A DNA stretch of 64,000 nt from an uncultured Candidatus Saccharibacteria bacterium (GTDB lineage: Bacteria; Patescibacteriota; Minisyncoccia; Phycocordibacterales; UBA9973): positions 151,516-215,515 of the forward strand of contig CAZCXF010000001.1 in NCBI GenBank assembly GCA_964502615.1. The letters are read 5' to 3'. Position 1 is the first letter of the stretch, and every line of letters begins with the position of its first letter. Position numbers and translations under genes: made by a program. Shown here piece after piece: positions 28,105-38,118 of the stretch. The notes under the pieces are model-generated. The model did no database searches and was not told the origin of the DNA. It worked only from the letters and a program-made list of their open reading frames with translations.

Positions 28105-29541
28105 CTACTCCATTATAGTAATATCAGAAGCTTTTATATTGTTATCTATTTCATCAGAAAAATGATTTTTCCTAACTAGAAGAACAGTAATTATACCGAT
28201 AAGTATTATTAAAGCAAGGCCTATAATACTCATTGATTTATTCGATATTGAGGTTATAGAGTTTCCTGCACTTGCACTTATATTGTTCAAGTCAATAATA
28301 TTTGAATCTCTATTTTTCGAATTAAGATTTGCCTTTTCACTATAATCACTTACCATACTAGATTTCTTATAATTTGGATAAGTATTTAGTATCTTTCCAG
28401 TTATATCTTCTAGAGTTAAATATTTTACATCTTCGTAATCAAAACCAGTTAGCTTAGAAGAGATTTTTACCTTGCTATTAGGAAGTATTATAGTGCCAGT
28501 TGGTATATCGAAAGATTTTAAGTAACTCCTTAAAACCCAGTGAGATATGTCTAACTCATAATTTGATTTATTGTAAAGTTCGATATAAGGATCTGATGCA
28601 TCACCCACAGAACTAATAGATATTTCTGAAGATAGAACTTTGAGAATAAGTCTATCTGTGGCTTGCGGTTCCTTCTCAAATGGATTTGAATAGTAAGACA
28701 AGGAAAGAACATAATCCCCTGGATATAAATAAATATGTTCAAACTTCTTTTGTTCGCTCATAGAGAAACTTGTACCGTCGCCAAAATTCCAAGCAAATCT
28801 ACCAGAAACAATTGGTTCTTTTCTTAAACCCGTAGTGCGAAAATCAATTTCAAGGGGTAAACCAGCAAACGTAGTATTTTTAGCTAAAATATTTGTGGTT
28901 ATTTTAGTAACTTCAATTTCCTTTTTTGTATTTGATCTTATATCTGTGTTCGTAGAATTCCCTCCAGTACCTGTATCCACACCACCCCCTGAACCACCTC
29001 CGCCATTTCCTCCACCACCCCCACCACTTGTTTGATTCTGAACACCTGGTGTAGGAGTTGCACCTCCCCATGAACTATTTATTTTTTGGAGAGAACTACC
29101 ATCTCCAGCTCCACCTTGACTTGAAGTAAAAGATACCTGGCTTACTATATTTAAATCTGGATCTTTTAAAGCAATAGTTTCTCCGTCGTTACTTAATCCC
29201 GTCCAACTACTATCAAAAAGTAGTCCTGAGTAATTTGGCCAATCAACTCGAAACTTTGCTGAATCTTGAGTTATAACTGCATAGCCACCTGCAGGAATAC
29301 TTGAATTACCTTGTGGAACAAGTGAGTGCTTAGTATTGTCAGAGAAGAAATACCAATGCGAAAAATCAGTGCTTTCATTACCATTGTTGTAAACCTCTAC
29401 CCATTCGCGACCAGTATCAGTACCGTCGAGATCATACATTATTTCTGTAATCTCAAAAGAAGCGCTTGCAAGATGAGACCAAGATAAGAATAAAAATATA
29501 GTTATTAATATAATTTTTGAAATTCTTCCAAAAACTTTCAT
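28105..29541 (-). CDS. Secreted lamin-tail-domain (LTD) protein with a Gly-rich linker and a C-terminal TM anchor
   Basis: Signal peptide, then 'ITEIMYDLDGTDTGREWVEVYNNGNESTDFSHWYF', the LTD signature. A poly-Gly stretch follows and a hydrophobic helix sits near the C-terminus. Confidence 0.65.
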   Translation of the reverse strand: MKVFGRISKIILITIFLFLSWSHLASASFEITEIMYDLDGTDTGREWVEVYNNGNESTDFSHWYFFSDNTKHSLVPQGNSSIPAGGYAVITQDSAKFRVDWPNYSGLLFDSSWTGLSNDGETIALKDPDLNIVSQVSFTSSQGGAGDGSSLQKINSSWGGATPTPGVQNQTSGGGGGGNGGGGSGGGVDTGTGGNSTNTDIRSNTKKEIEVTKITTNILAKNTTFAGLPLEIDFRTTGLRKEPIVSGRFAWNFGDGTSFSMSEQKKFEHIYLYPGDYVLSLSYYSNPFEKEPQATDRLILKVLSSEISISSVGDASDPYIELYNKSNYELDISHWVLRSYLKSFDIPTGTIILPNSKVKISSKLTGFDYEDVKYLTLEDITGKILNTYPNYKKSSMVSDYSEKANLNSKNRDSNIIDLNNISASAGNSITSISNKSMSIIGLALIILIGIITVLLVRKNHFSDEIDNNIKASDITIME

Positions 29542-29545
29542 AAAA

Positions 29546-31939
29546 TTATTCTTCTAATATTTTTCTTAAAACTTCTTCGGGAACCTCTTTTTTAGGCTGA
29601 GGTTTCTGCCAAGAATTATTATTTGCAGGAATATTATTAGGAACTACCTGATCAGTATTTTGTGGTTGTGATGAATTTACTGGCTTAGATTCAATTTTTT
29701 GAATTATGGGAACCTCTATTTTAGGTGGCATTGGTACCTCTGGTTTCGGGGGAATCTGTACTTCAACTTTTGGAGGAACAGGGATTAGTGGTTCTACTTT
29801 TGTCTCAACCTTTGGTTCTATTTTTGGCTCTTCTACAACTATTTTCGATTCTTTTATAGGTTCAGGAATAGTATTACTGATAGAAATAGACTCTGGAGCC
29901 CTTACTTCAGGTATTTTTATAACCGGTTGTTCAACTTTTGGTTTAATCTCTTCTAGAATAGGTTTTACTTCCACTGGTTTAACTTCAACTTTAGTAACCT
30001 CTGCGGGTTTTGTTTGAGGTGGAGCAACTTTGGCCAATAAATCTTTAAGTGAAGCTTTTTTCTCTTCAGAAGCTTCTTTGGTTGGTACAGATACAGTTGG
30101 AATATTAGTTTCTGGTTTTTTTAAAGTTGAAAGTGATACCGGAGTAGGAGTTTCTTTTTTTATTTCAACGACAGGTGGATTAGTAGGTTGTTTTTGAGAT
30201 CTATCCCCGCCAATTTTTTCTAGCAATCCTTTCAGTAGTGGAGATGGACCAGAATGTTTCTTTTCAGTTTGATTATTATTTCTCTGAAAATTATTGGTGT
30301 TATTGTTTTTGTTAAATGGTGGTCGTCCTTGCCCAGACTGGTTTTGGTTGGGAGTAAATCCGTTTTTATTAGGGGCCTTATTACCACCAGCATCAGTAAA
30401 CTCAATACCTAGCATTGCAAGAGGTGAAGTAGAATTCTTTTCTTCTTGACGTGCAGAGCGAGAAGCTACGAATCCAGTCTGTGGCTTTAACTCACCACTT
30501 TTAATTTTAAACATACAGTCTTTACAATACACTGGCCTACCCTCTTTAGGCTCAAAAGGGACCATTATAGACTTACCACAATTTGAACAATCTGCTTTAT
30601 ATTTTGCTTCACCTTCAACAGTCTGAAGTGTTCCACTCCATTTATTTATTTCGGCTTCAACTTCTTCACGTGGACGAGCATAGAGTTTCCTTGATGACTC
30701 TATTATTTTTTCTTTGACTCCTGCTGAAGGATCAATCTTAAGAGGTGGTAATGTACTTGCAGAAAAAGGTCTACTTGTAACACCATCAATCATGAGCTTT
30801 AGATATATGTGGTAGTTTGGAAGATTAACTAGATCCTGAGCGGTAAATTCTGGTTCAAATTCTTTTTCAATAAATTCTGCATCATCAGCACCAACTCGAA
30901 AAATTATCATAGTTCCAACGTTTCCGAAAACTGCATCTCTTACGGCTGTACCATTTTCATTTGAAAGCTGAGCCGTGTATTGGTGAGCAATTATAAGATT
31001 TAGGCGGTATTTACGAGCTTCGGAAAGAATATTTGCAAAAGAATCAGTTGCAAAGTTTTGGAACTCATCCACATATAGGTAGAAATCTTTACGTTCATTT
31101 TCTGGTATACGCACACGTTCCATCGCAGCAAGCTGGATCTTGGTAATAATCATACCTCCAAGAAGCGCAGAGTTGTCTTCACCTACACGTCCTTTTGAAA
31201 CATTTACAAGGAAAATCTTCCCTTCGTTCATTATCTTGAAAATATCAATTGTAGATTTAGATTGACCAACTACGTTACGGATGATTGAAGTTGATAGGAA
31301 TTGTCCAACTTTGTTTTGAATCGGGGCAATTGCTTCATTTCTAAACTGTTCACGCCATTGTTCGTACTCATGAACCCAAAAGGCTTTGACCACGGGGTCT
31401 TTTAAGTTGCCAATAATCATTTGACGATAGTCTTTGTCTACGAGAAGTCTTGGAATACCTAGGAGTGTTGTACCTGGAGTATCAAGAAGTGCCAAGATTG
31501 CGTTATTTAGAATGTATTCCATACGAGAACTCCAAGCATTAGCCCAAATCTTGGTAAATATTCCCATAAGTCCAGAAGCGACTAAGTGTTTGTATTTTGG
31601 ATCATCTAGTGCAATAACATTGAAACCAACATTGAAATCAATATCTGCTGGGTTAAAGTATATTACGTCTTTGGCACGATGGTCAGGAATAAGGTGAAGA
31701 ATTTCTTCAACCAACTCTCCGTGTGGATCAACCACACAAACACCTTCCCCATTATTTATATTTTGAACTATTAGATTAGATAGGAGTACAGACTTACCGG
31801 TACCAGATTTACCGAGCACATACATATGTTGCCTTCTGTCTTTCCTCTTGATACCAAATATATTATTGGTACTGCGAAAATTGGTCTTAGCGAAGTAAGT
31901 TATATCTCGATTGTGTGGAATTTGGTTGTTCGGATCCAT
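29546..31939 (-). CDS. TraD/VirD4-like (FtsK/HerA superfamily) soluble P-loop ATPase with an internal Zn-ribbon and a long Pro/Lys/Glu-rich disordered C-terminal tail
   Basis: Walker A 'VLGKSGTGKS', Walker B 'FYLYVDEFQNFAT', coupling-protein-like 'SEARKYRLNLIIAHQYTAQL...GNVGTMIIFRVG'. There is a CxxC-x19-CxxC ribbon 'CSNCGKSIMVPFEPKEGRPVYCKDCMF' and about 300 aa of low-complexity PK/E-rich tail. It is a paralog of 38563..40041. Confidence 0.7.
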   Translation of the reverse strand: MDPNNQIPHNRDITYFAKTNFRSTNNIFGIKRKDRRQHMYVLGKSGTGKSVLLSNLIVQNINNGEGVCVVDPHGELVEEILHLIPDHRAKDVIYFNPADIDFNVGFNVIALDDPKYKHLVASGLMGIFTKIWANAWSSRMEYILNNAILALLDTPGTTLLGIPRLLVDKDYRQMIIGNLKDPVVKAFWVHEYEQWREQFRNEAIAPIQNKVGQFLSTSIIRNVVGQSKSTIDIFKIMNEGKIFLVNVSKGRVGEDNSALLGGMIITKIQLAAMERVRIPENERKDFYLYVDEFQNFATDSFANILSEARKYRLNLIIAHQYTAQLSNENGTAVRDAVFGNVGTMIIFRVGADDAEFIEKEFEPEFTAQDLVNLPNYHIYLKLMIDGVTSRPFSASTLPPLKIDPSAGVKEKIIESSRKLYARPREEVEAEINKWSGTLQTVEGEAKYKADCSNCGKSIMVPFEPKEGRPVYCKDCMFKIKSGELKPQTGFVASRSARQEEKNSTSPLAMLGIEFTDAGGNKAPNKNGFTPNQNQSGQGRPPFNKNNNTNNFQRNNNQTEKKHSGPSPLLKGLLEKIGGDRSQKQPTNPPVVEIKKETPTPVSLSTLKKPETNIPTVSVPTKEASEEKKASLKDLLAKVAPPQTKPAEVTKVEVKPVEVKPILEEIKPKVEQPVIKIPEVRAPESISISNTIPEPIKESKIVVEEPKIEPKVETKVEPLIPVPPKVEVQIPPKPEVPMPPKIEVPIIQKIESKPVNSSQPQNTDQVVPNNIPANNNSWQKPQPKKEVPEEVLRKILEE

Positions 31940-31982
31940 AGATTACCCTCATTATAACCTATTTATATATATAAAAGGAATA

Positions 31983-32561
31983 CTATTTACTATTGTGAGT
32001 AAGTCTATATTCTACAATCTGGCTAAATAAAATACCTGTTGAAAGTATAAGAGCATAGAACATTATAGAAACTGGATATGAGGTAGGAATAGATTTAAGC
32101 ATCCCTAGTATAAATGCCAATAACCAAGAACTTAGTGATATAGCCCCAAAAGCAAATGATAGTTTTCTAAGCTTTACGTATTTATGACGTGTATTGATAT
32201 CAGTGAAATTTATCTTTCTAAGAGCTGGGTGAACAACCCTTTGAAACATATAACCATTTACGATAATAACTGTTACTACAGTCATCTTTATTAAGAATTT
32301 AACTGAGTGTGAGTATTTTTCTGGATCAGAAAGAAAAAGAGTAATCCCACTTATAAAAATAAAAAATAAGCTAAACCAGATGACCTTAGATAAAATACTC
32401 AGTGTTTTATCTTCGTGAATATTTATCTTTTTATCTTTTATATAAATATTGAATAGAATATCAGATACTAAAGCAGCACCCATGCCTACAATCACAGAAA
32501 AGACATGAGCTATGATAGATATATATTTATACTCATTAAAAAATGCTATTGTTTCTTCCAT
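31983..32561 (-). CDS. Hypothetical polytopic membrane protein (4-5 TM)
   Basis: Hydrophobicity pattern. It lies between the Cys-rich paralogs and ATPase-1 with gaps of only 27 and 43 nt. Confidence 0.5.
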   Translation of the reverse strand: MEETIAFFNEYKYISIIAHVFSVIVGMGAALVSDILFNIYIKDKKINIHEDKTLSILSKVIWFSLFFIFISGITLFLSDPEKYSHSVKFLIKMTVVTVIIVNGYMFQRVVHPALRKINFTDINTRHKYVKLRKLSFAFGAISLSSWLLAFILGMLKSIPTSYPVSIMFYALILSTGILFSQIVEYRLTHNSK

Positions 32562-32588
32562 ATTTAATTAGTATACACGATTTTTTAA

Positions 32589-34283
32589 TTAATTCACTTC
32601 CTGTTGATAGCAGGATTCGCAATAAACTATATCGGGTTGATTCGGTTCGTAACTAGTTTGAAACTCATTTTTACAACCTTCTTTCATACATGAACGATTG
32701 TAAAGTTTTGGTTTATTTATAAATTTATAACGGTCTAAAAACCTACAGTTATGACATTTATGAGGCAGAGGTAACCCAATCCGTTTATAAAATTGCAATT
32801 CAATCGGAACTATTCTATATGCTTTTTTACAATTTACGCATGCAATAATTTCTTTTGTAATATCTTCTGAGACTTCAGTAATTGAATCTGGCAAATCGTT
32901 ACCGCTTATAGTAGTCTGAAATTCACGTGCATTTGGCTCGCGCCACAAGAAACCTTTCTGCAATGCTTCTTCTTTGCTTATTGGGACATAATCTTGTGCC
33001 AAACTTTCGTTGTATGCCAAGGGTGAAAAGGAAGATGGGAAGAAGTCCCCATATGTATATACTTTTCCTTGCTCATCGACATATGGCATATCTTTCATAT
33101 GCTGTACTATCTTTGGAACAAGCGCTTCGTATTCTTCCTTTGAATACTGTTTATTTAAAATGCAGTATTGTTTTTTCTTTAGACTAACACAACCAAATGA
33201 ATTTGATGCACCAAAACAATAACCACAGTATTCTAGATCTCGGACATTCCCAAAACAATTGAAACAGTATTTTAATCCATAAGCTCCATCTCCACATGTC
33301 ATGCATTCGTAGGCATTTTCTATTCCCATAAAAAGTTGGCAGGAATCATAGGAGTTAGCGGCTTTCAAAACACTTATCTGTACATAACGTAAGTTCTCAG
33401 CATTCTCTACAGAAAAAGAGTCTCTTACATTTTTTGAATCACTAACCCTATCCCCTGTACAATTTAAATTTCTTGAACCATGATAGTATTTTACTGGGAA
33501 TTTTTGCCAAAAATCTGGAATAGTATCATTTAATTGTTTAATTGATTCATAGGAACTTAGATTTATTTCAGATATTCTTTTCTCATATTCTTCTCTAGAG
33601 AGCGGCTCATTAAAAAAATAATAAGATTTACCACGTAGATTTACGCAACCAAAACAATTTGTACATCCACGAAGCCCTTTGCTAAACCATACATCCACAC
33701 AACTTTCACAATCAACAGAAAACATAGTTTGGTAAGATTTGTACACCATTACACATTCATAGCATAGCTCGTCATCTATCATTTCATGGGAATCAAATGA
33801 ATTTTTTACATTAGTTACCTTTACTAAATATCCAGAATCTTCTATAAAATCTGCATCAAAACATAGATATGCATTCTTTAGCCTCCCTGCCTCATTGCAA
33901 TAGTCTGAATTTATCATAAATCCAGCAGAAGACTTTGCCATAATAGGTACACGGTTGAGTAGTGATTGGAATTGTTTGAAGAATGGTACTGAGAAATCGT
34001 ATTCTACCCCGTAATCCAATGCTTCCCATTCGTCACCATACCAATAAGTGGTTTCATATGTTTGCATAGGTGCTTCGGCTGGAATACCTGAAAAGGAGTC
34101 ATTACCAGTATGAGCATCTTTTCTTCGAAATAAATTGCGTTCATTTCTCCAAGTCAACCGACGAACCATACGACACTCCGGACACCAAGTAGGTACTGGA
34201 ACCTTCATCTTTTCGTAGAAAGAAAAATCATCCGGTTCGATATTGAAATCTTTTTTACAATTTTGGCAGTTTTTTGTTTCCAT
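32589..34283 (-). CDS. Cysteine-rich multi-zinc-ribbon protein, paralog C (564 aa)
   Basis: N-terminal CxxC-x22-CxxC ribbon ('NCQNCKKDFNIEPDDFSFYEKMKVPVPTWCPECR'), internal CxxCxGC modules and C-terminal ribbons ('CVNCKKAYRIVPIELQFYKRIGLPLPHKCHNCR', '...VYCESCYQQEVN'). The 2nd ribbon is lost relative to paralogs A and B. Confidence 0.8.
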   Translation of the reverse strand: METKNCQNCKKDFNIEPDDFSFYEKMKVPVPTWCPECRMVRRLTWRNERNLFRRKDAHTGNDSFSGIPAEAPMQTYETTYWYGDEWEALDYGVEYDFSVPFFKQFQSLLNRVPIMAKSSAGFMINSDYCNEAGRLKNAYLCFDADFIEDSGYLVKVTNVKNSFDSHEMIDDELCYECVMVYKSYQTMFSVDCESCVDVWFSKGLRGCTNCFGCVNLRGKSYYFFNEPLSREEYEKRISEINLSSYESIKQLNDTIPDFWQKFPVKYYHGSRNLNCTGDRVSDSKNVRDSFSVENAENLRYVQISVLKAANSYDSCQLFMGIENAYECMTCGDGAYGLKYCFNCFGNVRDLEYCGYCFGASNSFGCVSLKKKQYCILNKQYSKEEYEALVPKIVQHMKDMPYVDEQGKVYTYGDFFPSSFSPLAYNESLAQDYVPISKEEALQKGFLWREPNAREFQTTISGNDLPDSITEVSEDITKEIIACVNCKKAYRIVPIELQFYKRIGLPLPHKCHNCRFLDRYKFINKPKLYNRSCMKEGCKNEFQTSYEPNQPDIVYCESCYQQEVN

Positions 34284-34284
34284 A

Positions 34285-35979
34285 TTAATTTACTTCTTTT
34301 AAATAGCAAGACTCACAATAAATAATCTCTGGCCGACCTGGGGCGTAACTTGTATCAAATTCATTATGACAGCCACCCTTCATACAATTCCTATGCCAGA
34401 GTTTGAAAGGATTTCTTCTAGCAACACGTCTAGAATGTCGACAATGGAAACATCTTCTAGGTATTGGGATTTCCATTTTCCTATATAGTGTAAGTTCATC
34501 TCCGACAATTTTATAATTCCTATTACAATCAATACATTTTAAAACCTCACTTGTTATAGAGTCTGGGACATCAAAAATACTCTCTGGAATATTTTCTGGC
34601 ACTAACGTCTCGCGACCGACTGTACGCTGTATATTATCTTGCCATTTATAGCCTAATGAAATTGCCTCTTCTTTATTTAGTGGGAAATGTTCCATAGCTA
34701 TAGTTTCATTGTACCCAAAAGGAGCAATCTCAACTGGGTAAAATTCTCCATATTTATACACTAATCCACGTTGATCTATATAAGGCATTGTATTCATATG
34801 CTCTATAATCTTAGGCAATATTTCTTCATATTCTTCTTTGGTATATTCTTTATTTAGGATGCAATACTTTGCATTGCGTAAAGAAACACATCCAAAAATA
34901 TTTTTTGAAGAATGGCAATGTTGAGAATATTGAATGTTTTGGCTCTTTACAGAAAAAACACCAAAAAAATTATTAAATGAGTGATCGCACACTACAGAAT
35001 CGTAACATTCTTCAATCTCGCCAGACATGGTTATATCATAAGAACCTTTGTTGTCATTTGAATACTCAGCATATTTACAATTCTCTAATTTTTTTACTAA
35101 AAAAGAATTCTTAGTGTTTTTACTATAAGAAACGATATCTCCAGTACAGTCAAAATTCTGCTTCATCCAAGCATATCTTCTAGGATAATGCAGAATAAAT
35201 TCATCATATTCTTTTTGAGCTTTTTCTACTCCACTGAAAGTGTCTAATCTATATTCCTTCAAAATATTTTCATATTCCTCTTTTTCGTATTGTTTATTCC
35301 TAAAATGGTATCTTTTGTTTCTAAGACCAGTACACATGAAGCAATCGGAGCAGTTCTGACAATCGTAAAGAAATTGTGAGTTTATACAAGATCTACTAAA
35401 AAATGAGTGCTTAAGCATGTAGCCATGCGAACAATTTATACATTCATATAAATACTCAGCTTCTGCCATATTTATCATCCCGTCTATAATATTTTTTCCA
35501 GCAAGAATATAGAAGCTATACATTATGTTCTCTATATGCCAACCTGAAAAAACCATATAACAGTTCTTAGCAAACCATATGTCGTGAGTATATTCACAAT
35601 TTAAACTAGCTATTCCATCGTCATTTACAACCGCCATCTGTGGAACTCTATAAAGTAATTCTTTGAATTGTTCAAAAAATGGTTTTGAAAAATCATAGTC
35701 CTGTGCATAATCTTTTGGGTCCCATTTGTCACTCCACCAGCATTTATTGCAATAAACTATAACTCCAGAATCAGGAGAATAAATTGATACGACAGACTTT
35801 TGGCAAAGTTCACAAGTGCGTGAATAAAGAGATAAACTGTTGCGCCAAGCATGACGCCTCTGACTTCGACATTCTGGGCAAAAGGTAGGCGCTGGAACTT
35901 TTATCTTTCCATAGAAAGAAAAATCATCCGGTTCAATGGTAAAATTATTTTTACAATTTTGGCAGTTTCGGGTTTCCAT
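34285..35979 (-). CDS. Cysteine-rich multi-zinc-ribbon protein, paralog B (564 aa)
   Basis: Same architecture and collinear with A and C, separated from C by 1 nt and from A by 2 nt. It has the second ribbon 'CELCQKSVVSIYSPDSGVIVYCNKCWW'. Confidence 0.8.
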   Translation of the reverse strand: METRNCQNCKNNFTIEPDDFSFYGKIKVPAPTFCPECRSQRRHAWRNSLSLYSRTCELCQKSVVSIYSPDSGVIVYCNKCWWSDKWDPKDYAQDYDFSKPFFEQFKELLYRVPQMAVVNDDGIASLNCEYTHDIWFAKNCYMVFSGWHIENIMYSFYILAGKNIIDGMINMAEAEYLYECINCSHGYMLKHSFFSRSCINSQFLYDCQNCSDCFMCTGLRNKRYHFRNKQYEKEEYENILKEYRLDTFSGVEKAQKEYDEFILHYPRRYAWMKQNFDCTGDIVSYSKNTKNSFLVKKLENCKYAEYSNDNKGSYDITMSGEIEECYDSVVCDHSFNNFFGVFSVKSQNIQYSQHCHSSKNIFGCVSLRNAKYCILNKEYTKEEYEEILPKIIEHMNTMPYIDQRGLVYKYGEFYPVEIAPFGYNETIAMEHFPLNKEEAISLGYKWQDNIQRTVGRETLVPENIPESIFDVPDSITSEVLKCIDCNRNYKIVGDELTLYRKMEIPIPRRCFHCRHSRRVARRNPFKLWHRNCMKGGCHNEFDTSYAPGRPEIIYCESCYLKEVN

Positions 35980-35981
35980 GA

Positions 35982-37682
35982 TTAATTAAACTCTTGTTGG
36001 TAGCATTTTTCACAATAAACTATTTCAGGTCTATCTTTGGAAAAAGCAGTAGTAATATTACTATTACATTTAGCACAGTTCCTTGACCATAAGTGTATTG
36101 GATTGAGGCGAGAAAAATGAGCTTTTTGCCTACACTGCGGACAGTTATGTGGAACTGGGAGATTCATTTTTTTTAATAAATTAAGTTCAAGTGGTCCAAT
36201 TTTATATCCACGACCACATTTTTCACATTTTATAATTTCACTAAGAATAGATTCAGTAATTTGGTTAATGGTATTAAATAGTTCTGTGGCATTTATTGTT
36301 GTTTTATATTCCAATTGATCAGCTTCATGCCACATATATCCCATAGAAAGGGCTTCTTCTTTTGTTTTTGGGAAAAACTTCATTACATCAGATTCGTTAT
36401 AGCCAAATAAATTAAATTTAATAGGATAAAATTCGCCATAACTCCACACACGACCCAACTCATCTACATAAGGATTTTTTTTCATATCTTCAACAATTTG
36501 AACTTTGAGTTTCTCGTATTCTTCCTTTGAATATTCTTTATTCAAAATACAGTAGGATTTGCGTTTTAGATTTACGCATCCGAAGACATTTTTACAAGCA
36601 GAGCTCCACATAGAATATTCAATATTCATACTATCTGGGTAGCAACTATTAGAAAATTTTATATTACTTGCTTTCTCGCCAGTCGAGTGAGCCTCATATA
36701 TGAGGTCAACATTTGCACCCCACCCAGAGTAATCGTAGCAATCACGAGCCGTAGGAACTGTCACGAACTGAACATATCTAGAGTCTTCCACACTAGTACA
36801 AAGGTATAAATCTTGTGAATTTTTTGATTCAAATACATACTCGCCAGTAATATTCAAATTCATTGAATTGCCGGTGTAAGATCGATAAGGTTTTGTGAGC
36901 CAAAATGCGCGAGAACTTTCAATTAAGCCTTGTAGAGTATTCCATGAATTCAGGCCTAATTCTTTTACTTTAAGATCATAATCTTCCTTTGAATACTTTT
37001 CATTAAAAATACAATATGATTCTCCTCGTAAATTTGCACATCCTATACAATTTGTACAATTGTAACAATTACGAGAAAACCAAACATCTGTACATGCATC
37101 ACATTCTTCTGAAAAAAAAGTTTGGTAACATTTATTAATCCCTAGTGAGTTATAGCAAAGTTCCGATTCGCGAGCTCTCATACAATCAGAGGAATCTTTC
37201 AGTTGTAAAATAATTGAGGAGTGAGTAACGTTTTCAGCGTAATCTGCCCAAAAAGTAAGATAACAATTTCTTAACCAAGATGCTCCATTGCAGTATTCAG
37301 AATTTATCATTGAAGGACCGAGTGTTTCTGTCGCAACCCATGGTGTCTTTCTTGAAAGTTCATAAAGTTGTTCGAAAAAGTTTCTATTAGGATCATAATC
37401 CATAGCATACTCAGTACCATCCCAATCATCTGCCCACCAACATTCTGAACAGTAAACTATAATAGGGTTATCTTTATGATACATAGAGAGTGTTCTTTTT
37501 TTACATTTATCACAATCACGAAAATATACCGTCCAAACAGTTTTTGAAGCATTCCTCCGAATAATTCTACATTCTGGACACCATGTAGGATGAGGCACAT
37601 TGATTTTTTGATAGTAGAGTTTATCCCTCTCATCAATAATAAAATCTGTTTTGCAATTTTGGCAGTTTCTAGTTTCGTTCAT
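35982..37682 (-). CDS. Cysteine-rich multi-zinc-ribbon protein, paralog A (566 aa)
   Basis: Same architecture. It includes a CxxCxxCxxC module 'CYNCTNCIGCANLRGESYCIFNEKYSKEDYD' and the repeat 'GCVNLKRKSYCILNKEYSKEEYE'. It overlaps the upstream nucleotidyltransferase gene by 14 nt. Confidence 0.8.
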   Translation of the reverse strand: MNETRNCQNCKTDFIIDERDKLYYQKINVPHPTWCPECRIIRRNASKTVWTVYFRDCDKCKKRTLSMYHKDNPIIVYCSECWWADDWDGTEYAMDYDPNRNFFEQLYELSRKTPWVATETLGPSMINSEYCNGASWLRNCYLTFWADYAENVTHSSIILQLKDSSDCMRARESELCYNSLGINKCYQTFFSEECDACTDVWFSRNCYNCTNCIGCANLRGESYCIFNEKYSKEDYDLKVKELGLNSWNTLQGLIESSRAFWLTKPYRSYTGNSMNLNITGEYVFESKNSQDLYLCTSVEDSRYVQFVTVPTARDCYDYSGWGANVDLIYEAHSTGEKASNIKFSNSCYPDSMNIEYSMWSSACKNVFGCVNLKRKSYCILNKEYSKEEYEKLKVQIVEDMKKNPYVDELGRVWSYGEFYPIKFNLFGYNESDVMKFFPKTKEEALSMGYMWHEADQLEYKTTINATELFNTINQITESILSEIIKCEKCGRGYKIGPLELNLLKKMNLPVPHNCPQCRQKAHFSRLNPIHLWSRNCAKCNSNITTAFSKDRPEIVYCEKCYQQEFN

Positions 37683-38118
37683 TTTTATTCAGAATAGACG
37701 ATTTAAATTTCTCTGGTTTATAAGCTTCTCCTGTTTTAATTTCAATTTTAGGAATAATCTTCTTTTTTATCGCTTTACTTATACTATCAAATAGAGCTTG
37801 CTGGTCATAGCCTAAAAATATTAAATCTGGTTTAACTTCTTTTAAAATATTGTAAGTATCTTCGTTGGGATCACCAAGATAAGCAATATCAATATCTGGA
37901 GTATCCATAATAGATTTAATTCTAAAAGCTTCATCGTTTACTGGCATTTTCCCTTTTAGTTTTAAAACTACTTCATCCCTGGCAACTATAGCAACAAGCC
38001 TATCTGCGTATTTTTTAGCTTCACGTATAAAAGCAAGGTGACCTTCGTGAATCCCATCAAAAGTACCAAATATTGTTACTGTTTTATAATTCATTACTGT
38101 ATTTCTTGAGCCATCCAT
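37669..38118 (-). CDS. Cytidylyltransferase-like (HxGH) nucleotidyltransferase, RibL/TagD/HldE-domain-II-like
   Basis: 'TIFGTFDGIHEGHLAFIREAKKYADRLVAIVARDEVVLKLKG', the (T/H)xGH nucleotidyltransferase motif. The 149-aa size fits. Confidence 0.65.
   Translation of the reverse strand: MDGSRNTVMNYKTVTIFGTFDGIHEGHLAFIREAKKYADRLVAIVARDEVVLKLKGKMPVNDEAFRIKSIMDTPDIDIAYLGDPNEDTYNILKEVKPDLIFLGYDQQALFDSISKAIKKKIIPKIEIKTGEAYKPEKFKSSILNKNERN

Noticed and set aside
28835-29035. Pro-rich plus-strand ORF
   Set aside because: It is antisense to the poly-Gly linker of the LTD protein. GGN codons read as CCN on the opposite strand.
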